From: Blastocladiella emersonii ATCC 22665
Lineage: Eukaryota; Fungi; Blastocladiomycota
Length of the DNA: 64,000 nt
Reading direction: 5' to 3'
Assembly (NCBI GenBank): GCA_025594325.1
Contig: JANHCV010000014.1
Span: 310,001-374,000 of the forward strand
In this document: one piece after another, positions 49,131 through 60,700 of the stretch
How positions within the stretch are numbered: the first letter of the stretch is position 1
Layout: every line of letters starts with the position of its first letter
Notes under the pieces: generated by a model
Seen by the model: only the letters and a program-made list of their open reading frames with translations
What the model was told of the DNA's origin: nothing
The model's database searches: none
Position numbers and translations under genes: made by a program

Positions 49131-49816
49131 TAGTTTGTTTGTGTTTTCGAGCGCGGCAGGGATCGCGCGATGCGCCACGGCAGCGCCGGTCGCGCTTCCA
49201 GAACCGTGGCGCACCGCGGGCTGCCATATTCTCGAGGGTGTCTAGACGGGCCGGGCAAATGCAAGTCACGCGCACGTAAAATTCAGTGGTTGGTTGGTTG
49301 GCCGAGGGGTCGGAATCCGCCGCGTCCGGTGGCGGGGAACCGGCAGCCGCGTTTCAGCCGCGGGGCGGTCATCTCGCGCCACCGCCGCCGCCGCCGCCGC
49401 CGCCACACACCGCCTGGAAGCTTCGCCGGCTTCCATGGCTTCCGGTCGCGTGGTTCCCGAAGCCGCCGCGTGGGTCACCCGCCCGGCGAGACCTTGTGCG
49501 AGGTACCCCCCGACAATATGGGGCAGCTGACATCGACCGCGGATCGAGGATCGCGCTCCGCTTGTCGTTTCAGCGGCCGCGTGGCGACGCCCGGCGCCGA
49601 GAAGCGCACGAGAAGGCTCGCAATGGCAAGGCTCGCCTGGATTCGCAAGTGCTCAAGCAACGACGCGGAAAGTATAAAACGGACGGACACCCCCGCGTCC
49701 CTTGGACTCGGTTCCTTGTAGAGTGCAGCGCAGCACGAGCTCCCCCGACCGCTTCACCCCCGATCGGCCCTCTCGCCCGCCTACCTGCACCTCCTAGACC
49801 TACACGCATCGACACC

Positions 49817-52422
49817 ATGACCAGCGACGACAAGCACCTCGCCGAGAAGGCTGCCGAGGTCGAGGGCGGCGAGTCGAGTCTCGTCATGGACGCCGACTTT
49901 GAGGAGATGATCTCCAAGGTCGTGCCCACCACCGACGACACCTCGCTCCCGTCGTTCACGATGCGCGTCTGGGTCATCGGCACCTTCTTCTGCTTCATCC
50001 TCGGCGGTACGTTTGCTTGGTTTCTCGACTCGGTCGCTGTGCAGCGGCGGCGCTCACGGCAGCGGGATCGCGATCGCATCATGGTGGCGATCACGACGCG
50101 TGTGCGCCGCCGCCCGACCACGACCGCGACTCCCTCACCCGCACACCCCACGACTAGGATCACTCACACGCTCCCTCCCACACCCTATTACGTAGCCATT
50201 AACACGCTCTTCCTGTTCCGCTCGGTCGCCTTCTCCGTGTCCAGCTACGTGGCCATCCTCCTCGCCTACCCGATGGGCGTGTTCATGGCCAAGACGATCC
50301 CGTCGGTCAAGTTCAACTTCTTCGGCATCGAGGTCGACACCAACCCGGGCCCGTTCTCGGTCAAGGAGCACGTGCTGATCAACATCTTCGCCACGACCGG
50401 CGCCTCGTCCATCTACGGCATCGACAACCTCGGCGTGCAGGAGATCTTCTACGACCTCGACATTGGCCACTTCTGGGGCATCGCGTTCCTGTTCTGCTCG
50501 GCCACGCTCGGTTTCGGTATCGCGGGTCTGTGCCGCTCGTTCATTGTGCGGCCCAAGGCCATGATCTGGCCGTCGATCCTGCCGTCGGTCGCCATGTTCA
50601 TGGCGTTCCACCAGGGCGACCTGCACTCGGCCGTCGAGGACGAGGTCAAGGCCGAGGCCGGCGGCAAGGGCCTCGAGTGGTCGCAGCTCAAGATGTTCGG
50701 CGTCGGCACCCTCGCCATGGCCGTCTACACCTTCTTCCCGTCGTTTGTCGCGCCCATGCTCCGCTACATCCCGCTCCTGTGCTGGGTCTCGCCCGCCGAC
50801 TCGATCATGCAGAAGCTCGGCTCGCCCACCTGGGGCCCCGGTATCGCGTCGCTCTCGCTCGACTGGACGATTATTGGGTCGGGCCCCATGTCGGTCCCCT
50901 TCTGGGTCGCCGTCAACCAGCTCGTCTCGTCCATCATCTTCCTGTGGATCGTGACGCCGCTCGCCTGGACCGGCAACTGGTTCGACCAGCCCAAGACCAC
51001 GCTGCCCCTCAACACGACGGGCCTGTTCAAGAAGGACGGCAAGTCGTTCAAGGGCGCCATGATCATCGACAACTCGACCAAGCGCGTCGTCGACTCGCTG
51101 TACGAGAAGGTCAAGCCGATCCACATGACGTCGCTGTTCGCGTTCGCGTACATGGGCCACTTCGCGTCGCTCACGTCGTCGGTCACCAACACCATCGTGT
51201 GGCACGGCAAGGACATTGCGCGCCAGTGGCGCGCCGGCGGCAAGGCCGACAAGAACGACATCCACTGCCAGCTCATCGACAAGTACCCCGAGGTCCCCAA
51301 CACGTGGTACTACGGCTTCTTCATCGTCACGGGCATCCTCACGACCATCGTCGGCCAGTTCTCGGGCCTCAACACGCCGTGGTGGGCCACCTTCTTCGCC
51401 GTCGCGCTGTCGGGCCTCGGCACCATTCCGATCGCCATCGTGCTCGCCACGTCGGGCATCGCCCTCTACATGAACGTGGTCTCGCAGTTCCTGATCGGGC
51501 TCATCCTGCCCGGCCAGCCCATCGTCATGATGGCCTTCAAGTGCCTCGGCGTCACCGTTTCGCTCCAGTGCCTCACGCTCCTCGGCGATCTGAAGCTGGG
51601 TCACTACATGAAGGTCCCGCCGCGCCACGTCTTCCTCTCGCAGCTGTGGTCGCAGGTCCAGTCCGTCTTCTTCTGCTACATCACGTACCGCTGGTGGATG
51701 GCCAACCCCACGCACCGCGAGTGGGTCACGCTGTTCGGGTCCAAGGCCGCCGTCGGTAACCAGTGGACGTCGCAGACGCTCAACACCTACTACTCGTACG
51801 CGCTTTTTTTTTTCTCTTCCCCTTTCGCGTTTTGCTCGGTTTCGGACCCATCCGTGCTTGCCCACTCTCATGGGCCCGATTCGGGAGGTCGAGATGCGAC
51901 GCGACGCGACGCGCCGCGCCACACACGTGATCCCAAACTGACGCCTCAATTCCTCGCTCGTCCTCCAGGGCTTCGCTCATCTGGGGCGCCGTCGGTCCCA
52001 AGCGCTTCTTCTTCGAGTCGTCGTACGCGCCCGTCATCTACATGGGTGTCGCGCTCGGCATCTCGCTGCCCATCGTGCTCCGCCTGTGCTACCTGTTCGT
52101 CGGCGGCCCGATCCCGTGGCAGCTCATCTACGCGCCCATCCTGCTCCAGCCGCAGGGTCCGTCGGGCAACCAGGCGTACCATCTCACCGGTTTCGTGGTC
52201 TCGGCCTTCTTCCAGTTCTACGTGTACCGCTACCGCTCGTCGTGGTGGAAGAAGTACAACTACGTGCTCGCCACGGCCTTTGACGTCGGCTCGGCCCTCA
52301 CGTCGCTGTTCATCACGCTCGTCATCGAGGACCAGGGCATCACGTTCCCCGCCTGGTTCCTCAACTGTGTCAGCGAGGACCAGACCCACTGCGGTTACGG
52401 TGACTGGTGCCACATCGAGTAA
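49817..52422 (+). CDS. OPT: OPT-family oligopeptide transporter; join(49817..50006,50196..51795,51969..52422)
   Basis: VPTTDDTSLPSFTMRVW, NPGPFSVKEHVLI, LLGDLKLGHYMKVPPR, SLIWGAVGPKRFF, WWKKYNYVL; many TM helices. Confidence 0.93.
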
Positions 52423-54211
52423 CCTGATTCCCCCCCTCGCGCATTTGTTCGTTCCCTCCTCCCTCCCCGTCGCAGTTTTGGCTCTGGGCTGATGCTCGAT
52501 CAGCCCGCTCTTCTCAAAGAATATAGACGCGTTCAAATGCAATCTTTTCGCTGGTGTTTTGGTCGACCATGGACTTCCGTTTAATGCGTTGAAATCTGTG
52601 TCGTTCGTCATGGCTCAATTTCTCTGGCCAGTTCGATGGACAAACACGCGGATTGATTGGCACGCGGAGCAATTTGAGTCGCACGCACACTTTGCTCGCG
52701 ACAGCAGGGACGCGAGACATGAGAGACGCGTCGCGATATCACGTTAGCGTCACCTGACCGCTTCGCTTCCCGCGTTCGCGAAAGCGCTGTTCGCTCGGGC
52801 ACGGATCTTGCTCTTCACCCCACCGTCATCAATGGACTAAATGTATCCTTAGTTGCTGCATCAAATGGAATGAACGCTTGCGAATCTCCTTGCTCAGTTG
52901 TAAGTCATCCTTGCAGATTTTTCCCGCAGCGTCAGTCGGTCGCGAGCCTGGGCATGGCTGCGCCGAAGCAGATTGACCCGCTGACCTGGTGGCTGAGCAC
53001 TACTCAGTGTCGTTAACACATACCTTCTCCTACCGCGGTAGAACGGACGTGCACGCTCGCGCCCACGGGTGCGGTGTCTGTCCAAAAAGCAGTCAGCTTT
53101 GTGGGGCAACCATCTTTGGGGTTGCTCCTGGGATTGTGGGGGTCTATTGCCGTGCCGTCGAGTCGTGATCGCGCGAGACTACTGCATCGGCTGTGCGAGT
53201 AGTTGCTGACTTGTTCGAAATCATGACCGTGCGACGCCTGACGCTGTGTGCCAGCGGATACGCAGTGCTGACCCAACCGTGTTTAGTCCGCGACCTGATC
53301 AGCTCGCGCTGAGTGTTGCCGCCAACTCTCGACGAGCAGACAGTCGTGTCACGTTCGGCTTGCTTATCCCCGCGCGGCAACACCACACCCCCTACGCGAC
53401 AATCGCGTGGTTCAGCGGGCAGCTACTTTGCGGCCCCCTTCGCTGTACGCAAATCCGCTCGCGACCCAGTACGAGATTGACGCGATCACGTTGTAGTAGA
53501 TTTGCTATCACAGCACCTATCGTCCCCTGTTCGCTGGTGTTCGAACAGCACATTTCTCACCCATGCACTGGGCTCACTCAAGCTCTCTGCCATCGCCCGG
53601 TTCGTGATCCTGGCCCGCGATCTCGCGCACCTACCGGTTCTCGCTCGCCCGTCTCCACTTGCTTCCGCCTGCAGTGCAGCAAGGGGTGGTATCGCGTTCC
53701 CCGAATCCCCTCATCCCGCCAACCGGGACGCCGCGAGACTCGCGTTTCTCGCGGCTGCTGCACTGCGAGCCGGACTTTCGCGCTGACGCGGACGGCTCAA
53801 GGGCGCGCGGCGAGCGAGGGCCACTTGGTACGTGCGCGAGGTCACGGGCCGCGCTCTCAAAGTCGGACATGGATGTGGTTGTAAAGTCGATGTCCTGCTC
53901 GGCTGTGACGGTCTTGGGAACACGTAATAGAGTTTTCGCGTCATGAGCTGGCTGGCGCGCTAGGTAAGCGAATCGCGGTCGTGTCTTGACCATCATCATC
54001 AGCGCTAGTTGGAGGAGTCTACTTGACGGTATCGCTGGCGCTGTTGGTGCGAGACAAGCTGCAACAAAAGGGTTGCGAGACGCGCCTCGAAAACAGGTGA
54101 TCGGACACGTGTCTCACTGTTCAGCGCCGCCGCCGCCGCTCCCTCGCCCTGGCGCTGATCGCGCTCCCGCTCTCCCTCTCAACCTGCCTTGCAACGCCAT
54201 CAAAGCAAACC

Positions 54212-55165
54212 ATGAAACAGAAGGCTAATGCATCGGACCCGGCGCACTTCAAGTTCGCGGACCTGCCCGCCGAGCTGATCGCTGCCGTCTTGCACTTTGC
54301 CGAGCCGCGCTCGCTTGTCCCTGCGTCGTCGCGCACCTTCTCGGTGGCACTGGCTCCCAAGTTCATGAAGCACGACTGGCTTGACTCGATCCTCGCGAGT
54401 CGCGTGCCCTCCGCGTGGAAGACCTGCTACGTCTCTGCGCGCGGGTTCCCTGGCGACGTCGGCGCTCTTCTCGAGTACGCAAACGGCAAAGTGGTCGGAC
54501 CGGACGATCTCCGCCGCGCCGGCTTCCAGTACTGTGACCCCGATGACGAGCGCATCATGGCCTCGCTCCTCCCTGTTCTTGCCAACTACCTTTTGGACCT
54601 CGCGCAACCCGCTTATGGCAGTGGCGACGATCTCACACAAGTCACTGCCACCCTCTCAAACCGCATCGACTACGATCTGCGCACAAACCACACGCGCAGC
54701 ATCCGTGCCCGCGCCGAGCCGCTCCTTGGTCTCATGCAACTGATCGGCAACTTGCTTGGGTCGCCTGCCCTGCAGCTCGCCAGGGATCGGCTCCCACGCA
54801 TCTTCCACGTCAAGCTCGCGATCGAACAGTGGGCGGCGCTGGTGCGCATGGTCATCCGGTACGACCGCCTGTGCGACCCGTGGCTGCAGTGGGAGGTCCG
54901 CTTTGGCGTCTTTCTCGGCATGCACGGCGAGCTCCGTTGGAAGCGACCGTCCCTCGACGACCTCTACGAACCGGAGCCAGGCTTCGATCTTGACGAGGAT
55001 TGGGACTACACGTGTCTGGTCCACCGCGGATACGTTCGCATGCTCCTAAGCGACATGGAGATCAACGAGGACAACTGGGGCAGCCCGTCGGGCTTGCTGG
55101 TCGCTTTTTTTCGTGTCTCGCGTAACAGCGCAGCAGTTTGTTTCTTGTTCAATATAAATAGGTAA
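54212..55165 (+). CDS. F-box-like hypothetical protein (317 aa)
   Basis: MKQK start like family A; FADLPAELIAAVLHFA F-box-like motif; remainder unrecognised. Confidence 0.6.
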   Translation: MKQKANASDPAHFKFADLPAELIAAVLHFAEPRSLVPASSRTFSVALAPKFMKHDWLDSILASRVPSAWKTCYVSARGFPGDVGALLEYANGKVVGPDDLRRAGFQYCDPDDERIMASLLPVLANYLLDLAQPAYGSGDDLTQVTATLSNRIDYDLRTNHTRSIRARAEPLLGLMQLIGNLLGSPALQLARDRLPRIFHVKLAIEQWAALVRMVIRYDRLCDPWLQWEVRFGVFLGMHGELRWKRPSLDDLYEPEPGFDLDEDWDYTCLVHRGYVRMLLSDMEINEDNWGSPSGLLVAFFRVSRNSAAVCFLFNINR

Positions 55166-55524
55166 CTTTCGATTTCGATTCTCATCCACGAGTAGTTTGA
55201 ACGCGCGAATCGAGAATTCTAGCATCTCATAGAAGCAGCACGCGGACCACGCACTCGAAAGCGGGACATGGTGCGTTGTCCACGCGATGCGCGAGTTCAA
55301 GTCGCGCTCTCATCTCGGACGCCTTATTCTGTGACACGCGACGAAGCCATCGTCTTTTTGAAGTTAGGCTTCGTCGCGGTGAGGGCTTCGGAACGCTTAG
55401 CAGAGACCAATGCGTGCTTGACTGCTTCGCTCTTCCGAAGATCACGTAAGAGCTGCAGATGTGAGCGGGCTGATGGAACTGACGGCGTGTGTACATCGAC
55501 TCGGAGCCGACTCGTTACGAGGGC

Positions 55525-55755
55525 CGCGAGACGCGTCGCGAAAACAGGTGACCGGGCACGTGTGATGCGCGTCTGGGGAAAGCGATCGACTGACTCACCG
55601 CCAGCACCGTCACCGCTCGCGACTCACCGTTCGCGCGGCCGTTGGCTCCATCGCGCGCTCGAGCTGGATCGCGCTCCCGCTCTCCCTCTCCCTCTCCCTC
55701 TCGTAACGCCCACAGGCACAATTGCAACCATGGAGCAGAAAATGGAGAGGTTGCG
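55525..55755 (+). pseudogene. Duplicated promoter and start codon of a paralog of the 54212 gene, interrupted by a transposon
   Basis: CGAGACGCG..CGAAAACAGGTGA.CGG.CACGTG and GATCGCGCTCCCGCTCTCCCTCTC match ~54075-54180; ATGGAGCAGAA at 55730 parallels ATGAAACAGAA; homology stops within ~25 nt of the ATG. Confidence 0.6.
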
Positions 55756-55828
55756 CAGTGAGAGAAAAAAATTGATCGGTCAGAATTTTTTCCGGACCAG
55801 GCGCGGCGTGGAGCGCGGCGTGAAAGCG
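55756..55828 (+). repeat. Left terminal inverted repeat
   Basis: CAGTGAGAGAAAAAAATTGATCGGTCAGAATTTTTTCCGGACCAGGCGCGGCGTGGAGCGCGGCGTGAAAGCG, with an internal AAAAAATT/AATTTTTT hairpin. Confidence 0.55.
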
Positions 55829-56306
55829 GTGAGCGCGGCGGACACCCGGCGGTTCCCGCGGTTTCGGGGCACGTGCCTGATTCGCGCTGTCTCGCAGCCG
55901 CCACCAAAGGGCTGCCGCCACCCTGTCACCCTGTTGTCGTCGTCCTGCCCGACCTCGCCGGCTCTCGCTCCCGAGGTTGCACCGACCATTGCCCTATGAA
56001 CCAATGCATTGCTTCTCACGCAGCTCGCCCGCATCGCCGATTTGGAGCCCGTCACTCCCAGCCACGGACTGGCTCCTCGGTGCTGACGCGGCGGCCTTCA
56101 GCGCTCGCAGGCCCACTCGTCACCATGGCTCCGCTGCTGGCTCGGGCACCCTCCGCCCGCGCACTTGCGTCCAGATGCCGCGCCTCGGTCATATAACTCG
56201 GCGCGACCCCGCCAGGCGCTCGCCATGACCTGCGCTTGACCGTCTTCCTTCTCCTCGCCCAATCCCCCCCTCTCCCATCCATCCCCCATCCCACCCATCC
56301 CTCACC

Positions 56307-58213
56307 ATGACCTGGCCCGTGCCGTACATCGTCGCAGCCTTCATCCTTCTCAAAGCCCGCATCCGCGCCGACCCCTCTCTGACCCTCCTCCAAGCCACTC
56401 AGCTCGTCGCTGGCAACAGCGTCGCCGCCCGCACCCGCCTCCTTTGTGACGAACTCCCCCTGCCCCGCGAACTCGATCCGCCCCCTCACTGCCTCGAAAA
56501 CGTGGCGGACGCCGCGCGCCGCGTCCTTCGCTCGGCTTCCCTGCCCGCTCGCTTCGCTTTGTCGCCATGGGCCGATATGGCCCAGAGACTCTACAACGAG
56601 CTGTGCGCGCATGAAAAGCGTCTCACCGGTGCGGCGAAGGCTGCGACTGCTGCCGCTCGGGCCTCGCGCGCCGCTACCGAGCAGGCCCGTGATGATCTCG
56701 CGGCCCGCGTGCAGGCTGCAGCGTCCGTGCCGGGTATCGGGCCTGGCTCGCTCCCCGCCGGACCCTCGGGCTCTTCGGCGACGTCGCCCTGGTCCGTGTC
56801 GGCCGCCACGGCCGCCGCCGCCGCCGCTGCTGCGTCGCACCCGCACCCGCACCACGGCGCCTCGTCCTCGTCCATGTCGGCCGCCACGGCCGCCGCCGCC
56901 GCCGCCGCTGCGTCGCACCCGCACCCGCACCACGGCGCCTCGTCCTCGTCCATGTCGGCCGCCATGGCCGTCGCCGCCGCTGCTGCGCCGCACCCGCACC
57001 CGCACCACGGCGCCCCGTCCTCGTCCATGTCGGCCGCCATGGCCGCCGCCGCCGCTGCGTCGCACCCGCACTACGGCGCCTCGTCCATGATGGCGACCCC
57101 GTCGTCAGCGGGCTTCTCACACGGTGATGCGGATGAGTACGAGTACGAGTACGAGTACGGTGACGATGAGGCCGAGCTGCACGCTGAACCCGCTCGGCGC
57201 ACCGCGCCCCGTGGCCGGACCCAGCGCAGTTCGAGTGGTCGCGTTCCTCGCCGCCAGGCTCCGTACGCTCGTGCTCGCTCGCACCATTCGCAGCCCACCC
57301 CTTCCTCACAGAACTCTTACCACGCAGCTGCGGAGGTGACCAGTTTTCCACCCCCGCCCCCGCCCCCGCTTCCGCCTACGCTGCTGGCAGCAAACCCACT
57401 CGCGGCCTTATCCGCCTTTCTCCTCAACGCTGCTCACCATGTGGTCTCTGGTACGCTCAGGACGAAAGAAACTTATCCAAGCCTTGGTCGTGCTCTTGAA
57501 GCTCACGCACCTGTGATCTAGGAGGACTCAACCCGCATCCGCAACTCGGCGGCGCCCAGTACCCGCACCTGCCGCTCGGCGGCGCCCAGTACCCGCACCT
57601 GCCGCTCGGCGGCGCCCAGTACCCGCACCTGCCGCTCGGCGGCGCCCAGTACCCGCACTCGCAGCAGCAGCACCACCACCACTCGCAGCTCGGCGGTGCC
57701 CAGTACCCGCACTCGCAGCAGCAGCACCACCACCACTCGCCGCTCGGCAACGCGCCGCACCCGCCGCTCGGCAACGCGCCGCACCCGCCGCTCGTCAGCG
57801 CGCCGCACCCGCAGCCCGGCGGCGCCACCAACCTGCAGCAGCTGTACATGTCGGTCAACGTGCACCAGCAACCGCTCGACTTTGACCCGTACAACCTGCC
57901 GGTCAACCACTCGCGCGACGACGATGACCAGTTGCCGCGGACGGTCATCCTCAACAACCAGCAGCTCATGGCGCTGATGAGCAACATGATCTCGAGCTCG
58001 CCGTCGTCTCCTACGCGCGGCATGGTCACGCCGGAACTCGCTGCAGGAGAATTCTCGATCCTGCCGCCGCAGCAGTCTCGGGACATCATCAGCACGCCGC
58101 CGCTGCCCGAGACCGCGACGCCGCCGCCTGCGCTTCAGCACGAGGTCGGCGCTCATTCCCCGCTGGCTCAGCCGCAGGAGATTGCGCCGCCGTCGCCCAG
58201 TAGCAGCCTTTGA
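56307..58213 (+). CDS. Repeat-rich hypothetical protein (~611 aa); join(56307..57450,57522..58213); candidate Harbinger partner ORF
   Basis: A GTACGC..TAG 71-nt intron joins ORF 56307 in frame to GGLNPHPQLGGAQYPH..SSSL*; convergent with the Harbinger transposase; weak W..WADMAQRL helix pattern at the N-terminus. Confidence 0.6.
56795..57085 (+). repeat. Coding tandem repeat (~66-72 nt x4) encoding SMSAA(T/M)A(n)SHPHPHHGASS
   Basis: Four units differing mainly in GCC-run length. Confidence 0.85.
57545..57790 (+). repeat. Coding tandem repeats: 30-nt LGGAQYPHLP x4, then QQQHHHH and LGNAPHPP units
   Basis: CTCGGCGGCGCCCAGTACCCGCACCTGCCG repeated, read directly from the sequence. Confidence 0.85.
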
Positions 58214-58320
58214 ATCATCATGTCCTGTCCGTTCTCGCTCCTGTCCGTTTGCACAAAAGATATCGATGTTCGTGATGTACATGCAGTCCTCAATCGTAAG
58301 TGCATCAAAGGGCGAGTGTA

Positions 58321-59424
58321 TCAATCAAACGACACCTCGCCATCAAGGTATTGAACGATAGTGGGCGGGACCAGGTTGAACTTGTCAGAAATTTGGTTGC
58401 CGCGATACAGGCACGTCTTGAGGTTCGTCAGAAAGACGGCGGCAAAGTAGAGATCGCGCATCGAATGGACAAAGAATTTGTTGTTCTTGGCGTAATCGAT
58501 GAAAGCCCAATCGCGAAGAACTTCACCAAAGCCCCACTCAACAGCAGCGCGAAGCGGGCACATGGCATTTCGAAACTGGCGCTGCTCAGGCGTCATTGGT
58601 CCGCGGCGCGTTGGGACGATGGTGGGCAGATTTCCTGGATACGCCGAATCGGCATACAAGACATAGCGGTTTCCGTGAGGAGTCCATGGGAGTTCCAAAA
58701 GACGCGGAAGTAGTTGCGAGCGGCGGAGCACATTTGCATCGTGGAAGGAAGCAGGCCAGACACCGCGAAAATCAATGAAGAGTCCATTCGGCGCGACAAC
58801 ACCTTGCATCTTGAGACCGTGGATCCGTTTTTGGCCCGTGTAGAGAATCCGTTGAACAGCATTGTGTCCGCCAGGCCGAGCAACCTTGCGAATTGTCCCA
58901 TCAAGAAAGCCAAAGCAGTTGGTCATTGGAGCACCTGCTTGATGGATGGCCGTTGAAAAAGCATGAAGCACGCGGGGCGGGTAAGCTTGGGGCCTGATTG
59001 TCAAGAGGTGCATCCAACGGTTGATGAGAATCCGTAGGACCTCGTTCACGACACGCGAAAGCGTTGTCGCGTCGCGTGGAAAGATGAGGCACAAATCTCC
59101 AAGGCGACAAGGGTACGCGAGGCGCCGTAGGAGGATACATAGGGCTTCGATGCGAGGCACGACCGTGTTGTTGTCGATTCGCACGTCTCCAGGGAGTAGG
59201 CGAAAAGCAAGGTATCGAATATCGTCGCGTTGAAAGCGAAATTTGGCCCAGCAGTCTCTGTCGTCATGCTCGTCGAGTTCAAATGGTCCCTGGCGCCACT
59301 GCTGCCGACCCGTGGGCTTGGGCCGGCGCACCTGGAGTGCGAGCTGCTGCTGTTGGTACAACGCGACTAAAACCGCCGCAAACGTGACATAAACCACTGC
59401 AAGAGCGACAGCCTGACGGTCCAT
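58321..59424 (-). CDS. PIF/Harbinger (HARBI1-like, DDE_Tnp_4) transposase, intact 367 aa
   Basis: DCWAKFRF, EALCILLRRLAYP, CFGFLDGT (D), YTGQKRIHGLKMQGVVAPNG, HDANVL, LYADSAY (D), RAAVEWGFG (E). Confidence 0.92.
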   Translation of the reverse strand: MDRQAVALAVVYVTFAAVLVALYQQQQLALQVRRPKPTGRQQWRQGPFELDEHDDRDCWAKFRFQRDDIRYLAFRLLPGDVRIDNNTVVPRIEALCILLRRLAYPCRLGDLCLIFPRDATTLSRVVNEVLRILINRWMHLLTIRPQAYPPRVLHAFSTAIHQAGAPMTNCFGFLDGTIRKVARPGGHNAVQRILYTGQKRIHGLKMQGVVAPNGLFIDFRGVWPASFHDANVLRRSQLLPRLLELPWTPHGNRYVLYADSAYPGNLPTIVPTRRGPMTPEQRQFRNAMCPLRAAVEWGFGEVLRDWAFIDYAKNNKFFVHSMRDLYFAAVFLTNLKTCLYRGNQISDKFNLVPPTIVQYLDGEVSFD

Positions 59425-59690
59425 GGTGATTTCATGCAGTTGCGTGTGCTTGTGGGGACGGCGTATGTGTTCAAGCGAAGCACGAGCGCGGGAGCATGAG
59501 CTGGCGCGCAGGCCGCGAGCGCGGCGCAGGGGGGCGACAACGGCCATCCGCGTGCCATAAAGTCGAGTGGCTGCCACTCCTTTCAACCCGTCCCCCACGC
59601 GTCTCGCTCGCGCGCGGCGGTCAGCTTACCCTCCCGTCGACAGCTCCTTCCGCTTCGCTCATCGTGCATGAACGATTCCCACTCTATGCA

Positions 59691-60600
59691 ATGAAATGGC
59701 CACTCCATGAACATGTGATGTCGGAGAAGAAGTTCCGCGAATTTATGCTCGAATTCATGACCCCGACCGACATCACGCGCGTCATGACGTTCCGGCGACG
59801 CATCGCCCGCGAGGAGGCGCAGATGTTCCGAGAGATCCTGCGCCAGTCAACTACCGCGCGAATCGAGCACTGCCACCGCCGCGCCCTCGCCCTCGCTGGC
59901 CCGCAGGACCATCCAACCGCTTGGGATGCGCCGCTCGGCACGTTTGCGCGCGCCGAGTCGGACCTGGAGCGTAACCTCGCTAGCGCCATCCAGGAGGTGA
60001 ACACGCGGTACGAGCTGCACATGTACAAGGCCGACTGGTACTGGGGGTATCGCGTGTGGGACGAGCCGACGCGCTACTGGCTCGCGTCCATGCAGGAGTA
60101 CGAGACGGGTGTGGTCGGACGTTTGCACCTCGAGCCCCGACGTGCCGAGTTTTGTCCCGCTCATCTCCTACTCGGAGCTACCCTCGAGTCCATCGACTTC
60201 TTCTGCCGAGCTCGTCCAAGGGCTGGGCTCCGGCTCGGGCACAACGGCCGCACCCGCGCCGGCGTACGGTCTCCACGCGCCCGCCGACCTCGCCGGCGCC
60301 ACGCACGGCCTCGACGCGCCCGCCGACCTCGCCGGCGCCACGCACGGCCTCGACGCGCCCGTCCACCTGCCCGCTGCGGCTCCCGGGTTCCACACGCACG
60401 CCGCTCAACCTGCCGTCGCGGTCGGGTTCGGTGTCCCGCTCGCCCAATTCGGGCCTCTCGCCGCTGCCGCCGCCCATCAACTGGATCCGTTCCTGTAAGC
60501 TCAAGCTCAACTTCGAGATCCGCATGGCTTCGCTGTCGTGCAAGCAGCAGCCGCTGTCGCGCTCGTTCTCGAACTTGACCTCCCATCATTGTCCATTGCC
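59691..60600 (+). CDS. Hypothetical ORF(s) divergent from Harbinger; possibly 5' exons of the downstream transposase
   Basis: Coding-like MKWPLHEHVMSEKKFREFMLEF..YWLASMQEYETG, then a 39-nt tandem repeat (60275-60361); exon structure unresolved. Confidence 0.4.
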
Positions 60601-60700
60601 CGCATGATTTCCTCCCTGTATATACTCAGATCTATTCACCGTCCAATGCTTCACTCCCTTGTTCGCCACGCTGCGCTCTTCGACGTGCGGCGGGTCCAAG

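Noticed and set aside
52500-54070. Short ORFs between OPT and the F-box-like gene
   Set aside because: No recognisable domains or host-like codon bias; treated as intergenic or decayed DNA.
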